From the NCBI RefSeq assembly GCF_006345805.1, contig NC_042997.1, positions 248,001 to 312,000 of the forward strand: a DNA stretch of 64,000 nt, written 5' to 3'. Positions 1 through 11,180 of this stretch are shown one piece after another; position 1 is the first letter of the stretch; each line of letters starts with the position of its first letter. Source of the DNA: Octopus sinensis (lineage: Eukaryota). The position numbers and the translations under genes are program-made. Below the pieces are notes generated by a model. It ran no database searches. It saw nothing but the letters and a program-made list of their open reading frames with translations, and was not told the origin of the DNA.

Positions 1-384
1 TTTTGCACACACATAAACACACGCATGTCCATATCCATGTATATATATTACAAACTGAAGATGGCTGAAGTTCTCAACTGTCGCTATTTGCACGGATAGT
101 GTGGCGATTTATGAGTTCCAGAAGTTTTCAAATATTAAGTGTATGGTTTGTGGGGAGAGAGGCAGCTGTAACAATGGCATTGATGATATGTTATAGATTT
201 TGGAAGTATATTGCAGAACAAAAAGTATTCGATTATCGCAGTTGTAACATGAACGGGTAGCCATACAGAATGATGCGTAATGATTGTAACGAAATGCGGA
301 ATCGAATTTATATACGTTTCTTGCTTTTTCTGATTTTTTTTTACCGAGAACTCAATAAATGTACGTAGAGTCTGAGGAGATATA

Positions 385-605
385 TTCTATCTTTTTAAAT
401 TTTACTTGTTTTCGTCTTTGAACTGCAAGCATGCTAGGGCAGCAACTTGAAGAATTCAGTTGAACAAATCGACCCCTCATTTTTTTAAAGCCTGGTAACT
501 GCTCTATCGTGTCTTCTTGACGAACCGCTAAATTATGGGGACTTAAAACAAACGAGCAACGACTGTCATACGTTGGTAGGGGACGAACACAAACATAAAG
601 ACACA
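385..605 (-). mobile_element. Degenerate 3' half of tRNA-derived SINE family A (CORE-like, octopus OR-type)
   Basis: Reverse complement aligns by eye with the 3' half of the intact copy at 13574-13997 (gaacaaatcgacccc...gaaccgctaaattatggggac). Confidence 0.65.
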
Positions 606-857
606 TATGGGTCTCATAGACCCTCCAGAGAATGGGTATGATTACAATGTGAGTATGGTGTGATATACTGTATGAGGAGTAAATGAGCTTTACTCCTCAA
701 GAGTAAGCTTATGAAAAATAGGTTATTACAATGAACTGTAGAGAAATCAGCAGAGGTCAACGGAAAAACAAATCTGTTTCCCAAGAAAGCCATAAATCTT
801 CAGGCTTAGGCAAGAACACCTATGATGATAGTCAACACCTGTTTGTGAAAGGCACAT

Positions 858-914
<57 letters not shown>

Positions 915-915
915 A
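858..915. repeat. (GA)n microsatellite
   Basis: Directly visible. Confidence 0.95.
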
Positions 916-1254
916 TTTTAATCCCTTAGCTAATTTAAAGAACTTTGAAATGTAACACACCTAAAAAAATCTCCTGCTATATTTGGTTTTTAAATGAGCC
1001 TATACCTATCTTATTTTGTCAGTGGGAAAACATTCTACTGATCCAGATTGTTCAGGAGAGGCAGCAAAATTGTAATTTAGCCGTGAAATACATGTGTCTA
1101 TATGTGGATGCCCTAATACACATATATACATACATGCATACATACATATATATTTATTCGCTTACATGTTTATGTGTGTATGTGTGCGAGCACACGTACG
1201 CACGCAGAAAGATACACTAACGCATAAACATACACACATACTCACACATATAAA

Positions 1255-1425
1255 TGACGAGCTTCTATCAATTTCCATTTCCCAAACCCATTTAAAAAGC
1301 TTTAGTCGACCCAGGGTTATAATAGAAAACACTTCCATAAGATACCATATAGAAGGCCTGAACCGAAGTCCACATGATTGTGAAGCAAGTTTCTTAATTA
1401 CACAGCTCCACCTGCCCCTGTACTC
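1255..1425 (-). mobile_element. Degenerate 5' half of SINE family A
   Basis: Reverse complement reads gctgtgtaattaagaaacttgcttcacaatcatgtgg...gggtcgactaaagc...gaagctcgtc, matching the head of 13574-13997. Confidence 0.6.
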
Positions 1426-2425
1426 TTTTACTGAAAAGCAGAGCCCATCTACTGGGAAGCTTTATTTAAAATTACTAATGTATGAGAAATCAGGAGGATT
1501 TATGGAGACGTGTTTGTAGACGGTTGAGAGATCTGAACAACGCTTATAACTTGCAGTTGATGATATATTGCACGATACCTGCAATCATATAATACACAAG
1601 TAGTCATAGAATACCAATACCAATCTGAGGACCACACTGTGGCCTCCACCATAGAGTGACGTTTCTTATGGGGTAGAAGAGTCAGTATCTTTTTATAAAT
1701 ATAAACGTTGGTGTTTTAGACACTTTTTTTTAGGAAGTATTGGTTTATTGCTTGAATGAAAGCTGTTTTGTATATCATCGGCATAAAAGAAAAAAGGAAT
1801 TTAAATATCTGTTCCTAAATGCGTATATTTCAGTTATTTTGATAAAACCCCATGAAAACGTATTGCTATAACTATCCACACTAACTTCATCGTCTGACGT
1901 TGATTGAGTTTATTGATTGCACCGATGAAGATTACAAATCTGTTCGCTTATGTGTGTGATTCTATGGATGCAAACATTCTGTTTACACTATCCGTTTAAG
2001 CCGTGTAATATATATAAGTAAATAAATATATATGTACCTATAAATGGATGCGTGAATACATATACATAAATATCTATTCGATTATATATCTATGCGTGTA
2101 TGTGTGTATGTGTGAGCGTGTGCATGAATGCGAGTGTGCGTGTGTCTGCAAACGGGTGTATTTATATGTGTGTATTTGTTCTGAAATTTTATGTTGAAAC
2201 AAGTACTGTTGCGCTGTGTTAAACTTTTCCTAGGTATTTATTCACTCGACACCTGCAATATTAATCATTAAAATTTTTCTTCATTTTTTCGTTTAATATA
2301 ATTCATCATATCGCTGTGATTTTAAACACTGATTCTCTTCTACATATCATACTCCGTATAGTGTTCTATGCAGATGGAAATAAACATAGATATAGAGAGA
2401 AATGGGCGATAAGGAGAGATTATAT

Positions 2426-2474
<49 letters not shown>

Positions 2475-3019
2475 TATATATATTTACACACACATAATAT
2501 ACATATACATAAGCTTTTGTGTATTTGCATGTGAGCGTGTGCATATACATGATTATAATTTAAAGGATAATCAGAAATCTAACACTTACGAACATATACT
2601 AAAGTAAACACATACAAACGTGTGTGTATGTGCATGTGTGTGTGTGAGTGTTTGTATGGAGTGTGCGTTTGTTTGACTGCGTGCGCATATGTTTGTACTA
2701 TGGAAACAAGTTTAAGACTATTAACAGAACATTTACTGACGTGAGGTCACAACACTGAAAATAGGGTGAAATTTAGTGTAAAGCTCATTCTCACTCTGGC
2801 TTTAAGTTTCGCTTGATTGCTTATTCAACCATTGAGATTGGTTGATTAAGCAATCAGATAAAAATTAATGTTCCAGTTAACACGAGTTTTATAATACATA
2901 TATGTGCATGTGTGTGTGTATATGTGTGTATGTGTGTGCGTGTATGCACAGACAGACAGACACACACACACATATACGAAAGAAAAATAAATAAAAAATT
3001 ATGTTATGAAATTTATTGT

Positions 3020-3156
3020 CTTACAGCTGTTTCTGCAACGAACTGAACTGCATTCATATTTGAGTGCATGTTTGATGGCCTCATGAAGCTATAGGATGCT
3101 ACTCAAGCATTCTAATATGACTCCATTGCATCTTCTGTAGCAGAAACAACTGTAAG
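3020..3156. repeat. Short inverted repeat of HHR 3'-half-like sequence (GAAACAGCTGTAAG)
   Basis: cttacagctgtttctgc (3020-3036) pairs with gcagaaacaactgtaag (3140-3156) with 1 mismatch; no intact CTGANGA core. Confidence 0.55.
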
Positions 3157-3302
3157 CTAATGAGGTACCTTAATATAGTTGCATATTTCTTTGTCATTCT
3201 AATTTCTTATTACTGGTCTGTACAGACGCTTCGTTCTGAAGCACATGTATATATGTATATTGAATTCTAACAGTAGTATATTAGTATCGGTATGGCTAAG
3301 TG

Positions 3303-3361
<59 letters not shown>

Positions 3362-3394
3362 ATGCATATATGTGTGTATGTATATACGTATGCA

Positions 3395-3441
<47 letters not shown>

Positions 3442-3615
3442 ATTCATATATGTGTATATATATGTGTGTGTATATGTGTGTGTGTATGGTATGTCCCATG
3501 ATTACGACGTATTTCATCGTCTCTACGGGACTGGTCCGAACGGGGTACCTTCGTTGACCGACCTACTGACTGTGTCAGTCAACTATTTATTCGTAGTGGA
3601 CCAGCCCACTTCTGC

Positions 3616-3660
<45 letters not shown>

Positions 3661-3699
3661 CACACACACACACACGCGCACACACATATATATATCGAG

Positions 3700-3870
3700 A
3701 ACATAAAACAAAAGTCAAAGACAGGTAGTGTAGACAACAAACAGTTGTATCAGTATAACGCTCGGGAAGTGAAAAAGTCTTTAACGCTTCGAGCCTACGC
3801 CCTTCCACAGAAAGGAACACAGAAAGAAACAAGGAGACTAAATAAAGAATGTGTAGTGACTAGCGATATA
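3700..3870 (-). mobile_element. Dispersed ~200-bp repeat (family H) carrying an HHR-like motif; probable PLE pseudo-LTR fragment
   Basis: Homologous copies at 37735-37857, 43040-43230 and 63500-63695; minus strand reads cttt CTGTGGA A GGGC GTAG GCTC GAAG CGT T aaag. Confidence 0.7.
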
Positions 3871-4305
3871 TATAGTCAGCGATCTGCAATGTTCTACCAA
3901 AAGGAAAAACTATAATCATCAGAAAATATGACTGGGGTGTTAGAAACACCTACAGTGCTAGAAACAAGAGCTAAAATGATCTAATGATGTTGTCAAAGCG
4001 CATAATTGTATACAGATACACTGACAGGGCCTATAGACAATTGTGTGCGTGTGTATGTAATTGTTTTGTGAAAGAAGATTGATTAGAAATTCTCTCACAA
4101 TGTAGAGGTTTGGACTTAAAAGTGCTCAAGTGTAACTTGAGACGAAAGATATAGATGCATAATGTGAAGAAACAAATGACCTGGTAATTCAATCCGCAAA
4201 CATGGCTCCGATTAGAGATAGATTTAAAAGACAAATGTACATGATAGAATGATATATAAATAGACAGATATTTTTAAAGATCTATAAATAAAAAGATATA
4301 TTAAA

Positions 4306-4680
4306 ATATATATGTGTAAATTAATAGATTTAAAAAAAATCTCCAGATGGAAGTACAAAAACGTTAATACATGCGTGTATAAGTAAAAATATTGGAGAAA
4401 GTGGTGATGGAAGCGAAAGAATGAGGAGCAAAATTAAAATTCGGGATAGTTAAAATTGAAGTAGGGCACCAACGGCCGTTTCTGGGTGTTCATTTCGGGA
4501 AAGTATAGGGATATAATACCCATTATTTGAATTTCGCTCCTCATTGTATCTTTTACTTCGCTTCCATCACCACTTCAAACTTACTCCAGTATTTTTTACC
4601 TATACACGCACGTCTTAACGTTTTTATACTTCCATCCGGAGATTTTTAAAAAAGAATTTATTAATTTACACATATATATA
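4306..4680. repeat. Imperfect long inverted repeat (arms ~4306-4440 and ~4525-4680)
   Basis: atatgtgtaaattaat...ctccagatggaagtacaaaaacgttaa...gaggagcaaaatt recurs in reverse complement with several indels. Confidence 0.85.
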
Positions 4681-5599
4681 TATTCCAAAATTTAAAAAGC
4701 CGGCGGGAACTTGGTTGCCAACCCAATATAAATGCGTGTACTGGACTTAATATGTCTAACTATAATGCTCAAACGTGATGTTATATCTGTAGTCCAATGA
4801 CGGAGTATAGTAAAGGTAGTAAAGAACGAAATTTGTACCCTCTGAGAGATATTCACAAACATGACCACTATAATCTCTCACTTTCTCTCCGCCTTTCTCT
4901 CCTACACACACATACACGTACACACAAGCGTGGGTGCGTTAATACGAGCGCACGAAATCCGCTTGGAAACTGCGTGGTTTTGGACTTAGTCGAATGGAAA
5001 ACCAAATACAGGACATGGAATAGCACAGCAAAGTATGTGAAAGGAGTTATGCAGTAACGTCCGTTTTCGGACGAAAGTCGCAAACTGCTTTGCTTAACGG
5101 ATCCATAGGATATTATGTGATTACATACTCCAACTGCATCATAGATCTTTATTATGTATGAATGTGGTTACGCCATAACGTCTGATGTTCCCGAAACAGC
5201 TCTGGAACTAAAACTGATACTTAACTCCTCTTGTTTACTATGTTTCTTTATTCCGTATCCAATGCAAATATACACATTATCTCTATTACTATTCCCATAC
5301 CAGCTTGAACACACTTGTTCATATAGCTAAGTTTGGATGACGGTGTTATGCGCTCATGATGAAGTTCGCATCTATCCGAGCACTACTTTGTGGTGGATAT
5401 CACACTTGTTTCACTTTCTCCCGCACGATTTATATATATATATATATAATATTCTGATCTTAGTATGATCACCACATATGGCAATTTATTGTCTTTTCTA
5501 TTGTCTTGTTATAAATATATTGCGTATATTATGTGTCACAAAATTAAAAGATTTTTCTTGTTATCTGCATTTGAGATCCAATAGGAAATTGAAGTAGTT

Positions 5600-6400
5600 G
5601 ACCATTACTGACGAATATCAGAAGCAGAAATAGAAGTATTGCGCTATTATTGAATTGGCGATGCTTTTGAAGATTGCGTTGCGAGATATCAACGCTTATA
5701 TGCAAATTGCATTCCACGAAGACTACCCGTCATACCCTGTGATCAAACATTAGGCTACAAAGTGTCGTTAGGGAGAAGTACACTTGAATACGGAATACGG
5801 TGAAGACGGCACAGTTGATTAATGTCCGTGAATGGAATTATTCATGTCATAGGATTCCTCTCGTTGGGTGTCTCGGATAGTGACTCGGATGCTTATAGAT
5901 AAAAACTGGCGTCACTTTGAATAGTGACTAATACCCGGAGATGGGACTTTGATCCAACACTACGATCCCAAGAAGAAAAACAAATTATAACTTTGGCGCC
6001 CTGCAAGAAAACCATATGCTCATTCTTCTACAATTCTCAATATGCGGTTTTAATTGGTTTTATAACCTACTGACTACAATTACAAGTGATTATAATACTG
6101 ATTTCAAAAGGTAGCTGCGAATTTACATCGAGACAAAGTCTCATGGAATGTTCAGTGCTGGTCTCATGCAAAAGCTCGGACGAATCAAGTGCCAAAAATG
6201 CTATCCGTAAATCTGGATTTGAAAAGCTACCTCTCTTAAGCCATTTACCAGCATTTGTTGCCCGGGATTTACATATTTCCAAACGTAAATGCTGATAATT
6301 CTTCTTCGGTGAAAAAGTGTAGGAGGCTACAGAAGAGTGGAGTATTTGACTGGGCTGGAAGCATATGTCTATATAAATGACAGAGTAGTTTTGCATACGT
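5600..6400 (+). pseudogene. Highly degraded mariner-type transposase remnant
   Basis: Residual motifs GDGTLIQHYDPK (cf. GDETWIHHYDPE) near 5937-5975 and IRKSGFEKLPLLSHLPAFVARDLHI (cf. LPHPPYSPDLAPSDFHLF) near 6200-6280; many stops. Confidence 0.55.
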
Positions 6401-7078
6401 ATACGTAAATGTGTGTGCATCCGCCTGTGTTTATCAATGTATGCACAGAAGAAAATATATTTCCCACATACATGAAATGTCCCTTTTCATTCATTCTGAA
6501 AAATTGGTAATAGAATTCTCTTGACATTTCCTCGAAGATTTCAGGAATGGAAACGATGTGTTGAAGTGCTCTTGCGGTGAAATCAGAGAGATTGACAATA
6601 GAAATATACAAAAAAAAACAAACAAAACAAAAGCAGCAAAATTCAAAAACAAAACAAAAAGCAAAACAAAAAAAAAAAACAACCTCCTCCGTGAGTGTCA
6701 ATATTTGTTATTAAAATGGTAGTAAAGGAAGATAACATATTCAGTACATTGTCACTAATCGGAAAAGAGATTAGTGAAACTAAGGGAAGAGATGGAAAGC
6801 TGAAAGTTAGAATAATGACCAGTGAGAAAGTGAGCATATGGTGGCGTTGTTGGGTGTGGGGAAAAGGAAATGTATGTATTAGATACAAAATTTAGAAAGA
6901 CATTTAAAAAGTGCATAAATGGAAGAGGTGAATGGAAGAAAAGGAACTAGTATTAGTGCAAAGGCTAGCGAAGAAGATGGACAAAGAACGAATGATAAAA
7001 ATAGAGATGCAGATAATAAGTGCTTTAAGGATCACGACGAAAAAATAGTACAGTAAATGTGAACACGTATATATATAT

Positions 7079-7113
<35 letters not shown>

Positions 7114-7215
7114 TTATAAATAAGGATAATATCGATATTTAAATATCAATATTATCAAGTGGCCAGCATGGGAATAAATACCATACAAAGGTAATAATTT
7201 TTTTACAACTATAAA

Positions 7216-7810
7216 TAAGGGTATCTGTGAGACACCACCATACCGAAATAGCAGTCAAAACCCTGACTATAAAAACCACCTTAAATGTTCATATCGCACC
7301 ATGAGATAAGACAGAGGGACAAAATAAACTAGCAAAAAGATTTTACTGGATAATTCAAGATTCTGGATTTCTAGCTTTGCTTCAAATAAGCTGTGCTTTC
7401 GTCAGTTGAATATACCAGATGGGCACATAAATACAAATATATATATAAAGAACATACGTTATACTTACATATACGAACGTATATGTAAGGTGGTTGGCGG
7501 GGCAATTTGGACTGGCCGTGTACATACGTGCATATATATGTATGTTTGGACGTTCGTATATGTAAGTATAACGTATGTTCTTTATATATATATTTGTATT
7601 TATGTGCCTATCTGGTATATTCAACTGACCAAAGCACAGCTTATTTGAAGCAAAGCTAGAAATCCAGGATCTTGAATTATCCAGTAAAATCTTTTTGCTT
7701 GTTTATTTTGCCCCTCTGTCTTATCTCATGGTGCAATATGAACGTTTTAGGTGGTTTTTAGAGTCAGGGTTTTGACTGCTATTTCGGCATGGTGGTGTCT
7801 CTCAGATACT

Positions 7811-7815
<5 letters not shown>
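7216..7815. repeat. Long inverted repeat, arms 7216-7480 and 7550-7815, 69-bp spacer, (TA)n on both sides
   Basis: Arms of ~265 bp are reverse-complementary with about a dozen point mismatches. Confidence 0.95.
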
Positions 7816-7865
<50 letters not shown>

Positions 7866-7959
7866 TGGTAAAAACGGTAAGATAACAAAAGAAAGAGACC
7901 TCAATATTATGTAAATAGAGTTTTATCTTGGCTACCGAATAATTGTCACATATTATATT

Positions 7960-8032
<73 letters not shown>

Positions 8033-8084
8033 ATTATATGTGCCTTCTATTCACACACATAGACGCACACAATACACATATACG

Positions 8085-9035
8085 ATACTTAGATAAGTTT
8101 CGACCAGAATTGAAAAAGATGATGTTTTATTAAATGGGAGCATCTCTAGATTAAAAGATCCTTAGAATCCAGGAGCAAGCCCATGCGGGCCATGTCGACT
8201 TCGTTGTTTGGCCACTCAAACTGAGGTTGTTGTTGAGTGTTATTCATGGATCCCTAACGGTGTTTGAAGTCCCGAAGTTTTCATCAGAGAGAAGAACGTA
8301 TCGTTGTTTAAGTGCCTCACTTTGCCGAATAATTAATCCAAACTTATTCTGGTTTAGCTGCATATTGTGTTTTATTCCGCCCATTGGATAAGAGATCCAA
8401 TTCGGGACAAGTTTGGTTTGCTGTCCTGTCGACAACGTAAAGAAGCTTAGGGTCATTCCCGAAAATTCAAATGCTGCTATCTTTGATGACGTGAATGGTG
8501 TCATTGATGTAACTAATGAAAACGAGTGGGTACAATACATTGTCTTGTCAGACTCCAGTGATGACTCTTGTCGAACTTGATCGAACACCATCTATCACCA
8601 CATACTGGGTTCTGTTCACCAGAAAACACCCAATCCACCTTAATAATTTTCTTAAGACATCAATGTTCTATAGTTTCTTTAAGAGGGTGCTGTGGTCAAC
8701 ATCGTCGAAAACTGGGATAGTCAACCAGGATAGTAAATCATTGGGAATATTACCAGTCTAATGATTTCCTCCGAAGTATAAGCACAGGGAATGCTAGTTG
8801 ATGGTGGCACTCCTTCATGACTCTTACGGGAAACTTGTCGGGACCTACAGCTGAGTTGTTTGTAATTTTGTTAATAGCTACTATGATACCCAAGGTACCA
8901 AAACATATATCGGATAGTGTGTCGGTGTTTGTTTCACCGATGCTGTGAGGATTAATTATGCTTGGATTGCTGAAAGTGGAGCAGTATTGCTTTTGCAGAA
9001 TCTCAGACGTATCTTCTATACCACTATGCAGACTA
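8085..9035 (-). mobile_element. CR1/L2-clade LINE reverse transcriptase fragment, internally deleted
   Basis: Minus-strand motifs SAVGPDKFPVRVMKECHHQLAFP, TGNIPNDLL..IPVF, DVDHSTLLKKL, WIGCFLVNRTQYVVIDG, SYIND, NMQLNQNKF and TVRDP. The segment between IPVF and VDH is missing. Confidence 0.85.
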
Positions 9036-9185
9036 TGATCTCCATCTATCTGCATGTATTTGTATATACATGCATGTGTGTATGTCTTTATGCTTGTGTT
9101 TGTCCTCAACCACCGCTTGACAAACAGACTAAATGCCAGATTTAAAACTGTAACATAATTACTGTGAGGCAATTTATTCAATCTA

Positions 9186-9221
<36 letters not shown>

Positions 9222-9501
9222 CAACAATTGAGGGTAAAATTAATTAATTAATCAATTTCACCAAGTATTCAGTATGCAAAGGGACCATTTAAGGCGAATT
9301 CAAATTATTACATTATATAAAAGGGCTTAGTAAAATAAATTACTTTGCCGCATACTGAACTCATTAGAAATAGCAGCTAAAAAAACTTTTTTAAAACTAT
9401 TTCTAATACTTAAAGAAAACCTCTCTCATATAGTGTTTGCTCAATTCAACTCACGCAAATATGGGGGTAGAGACATTAAAAAATCAAGTGCAAAGGTTAT
9501 T

Positions 9502-9553
9502 TGAGAACGTACGTTTCAAGATTAGTCAACACGACATTTCTATCATCAGCTCA
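9502..9553 (-). ncRNA. Type I hammerhead ribozyme motif, array copy 1
   Basis: Minus strand: UGAG-CUGAUGA-[UAGAAAUGUC GUGUU GACUAAUCUU]-GAAA-CGUACG-U-U/CUCA. Stem I UGAG/CUCA, palindromic stem III, GUU cleavage triplet. Confidence 0.72.
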
Positions 9554-10061
9554 GAACTCCCTGGTTTGGATTTGAAAACACTGAAAGTGGGAGCATACCC
9601 TTTCGGCTTCCTCTCGCTTCCGAAGATCTGCTCGTAACTAACAGTGCCAACAAACCCAAAAATGCAAGCGAAGAATTTCTGCTCTCCCCTTTCCACCAGC
9701 GTGGGTTAAAATCAGTAAACACTATGCTTTTTTCGGTAAAGTCCGCGGCATTATATAGAGAGAGATGAATTATAATTTCAACAATTGAGGGTAAAATTAA
9801 TTAATTAATCAATTTCACCAAGTATTCAGTATGCAAAGGGACCATTTAAGGCGAATTCAAATTATTACATTATATAAAAGGGCTTAGTAAAATAAATTAC
9901 TTTGCCGCATACTGAACTCATTAGAAATAGCAGCTAAAAAAAACTTTTTTAAAACTATTTCTAATACTTAAAGAAAACCTCTCTCATATAGTGTTTGCTC
10001 AATTCAACTCACGCAAATATGGGGGTAGAGAGACATTAAAAAATCAAGTGCAAAGGTTATT

Positions 10062-10113
10062 TGAGAACGTACGTTTCAAGATTAGTCAACACGACATTTC
10101 TATCATCAGCTCA
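10062..10113 (-). ncRNA. Type I hammerhead ribozyme motif, array copy 2
   Basis: Identical to copy 1. Confidence 0.72.
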
Positions 10114-10619
10114 GAACTCCCTGGTTTGGATTTGAAAACACTGAAAGTGGGAGCATACCCTTTCGGCTTCCTCTCGCTTCCGAAGATCTGCTCGTAACTA
10201 ACAGTGCCAACAAACCCAAAAATGCAAGCGAAGAATTTCTGCTCTCCCCTTTCCACCAGCGTGGGTTAAAATCAGTAAACACTATGCTTTTTTCGGTAAA
10301 GTCCGCGGCATTATATAGAGAGAGATGAATTATAATTTCAACAATTGAGGGTAAAATTAATTAATTAATCAATTCACCAAGTATTCAGTATGCAAAGGGA
10401 CCATTTAAGGCGAATTCAAATTATTACATTATATAAAAGGGCTTAGTAAAATAAATTACTTTGCCGCATACTGAACTCATTAGAAATAGCAGCTAAAAAA
10501 AAACTTTTTTAAAACTATTTCTAATACTTAAAGAAAACCTCTCTCATATAGTGTTTGCTCAATTCAACTCACGCAAATATGGGGGTAGAGACATTAAAAA
10601 ATCAAGTGCAAAGGTTATT

Positions 10620-10671
10620 TGAGAACGTACGTTTCAAGATTAGTCAACACGACATTTCTATCATCAGCTCA
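10620..10671 (-). ncRNA. Type I hammerhead ribozyme motif, array copy 3
   Basis: Identical to copy 1. Confidence 0.72.
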
Positions 10672-11142
10672 GAACTCCCTGGTTTGGATTTGAAAACACT
10701 GAAAGTGGGAGCATACCCTTTCGGCTTCCTCTCGCTTCCGAAGATCTGCTCGTAACTAACAGTGCCAACAAACCCAAAAATGCAAGCGAAGAATTTCTGC
10801 TCTCCCCTTTCCACCAGCGTGGGTTAAAATCAGTAAACACTATGCTTTTTTCGGTAAAGTCCGCGGCATTATATAGAGAGAGATGAATTATAATTTCAAC
10901 AATTGAGGGTAAAATTAATTAATTAATCAATTTCACCAAGTATTCAGTATGCAAAGGGACCATTTAAGGCGAATTCAAATTATTACATTATATAAAAGGG
11001 CTTAGTAAAATAAATTACTTTGCCGCATACTGAACTCATTAGAAATAGCAGCTAAAAAAAAACTTTTTTAAAACTATTTCTAATACTTAAAGAAAACCTC
11101 TCTCATATAGTGTTTGCTCAATTCAACTCACGCAAATATGGG

Positions 11143-11177
<35 letters not shown>

Positions 11178-11180
<3 letters not shown>

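Larger units (their letters stand above)
9219..11146 (-). repeat. Head-to-tail tandem array of ~558-bp units (3 full units of 557, 560 and 558 bp plus a 253-bp partial), between (TA)n tracts
   Basis: Unit starts (tttcaacaattgaggg) at 9219, 9776, 10336 and 10894; I saw only homopolymer or dinucleotide length differences between units. Confidence 0.97.

Noticed and set aside
770-805. Minus-strand CTGAAGA..GAAACAGATTTGTT
   Set aside because: No stem I and poor stem II; cannot be separated from chance. The same applies to 5183-5205 and 6530-6560.
9437-9637. 66-68 aa + strand ORF repeated in each array unit
   Set aside because: No recognisable motif, TTG/GTG-type start, and it is antisense to the HHR; it recurs only because the unit recurs.
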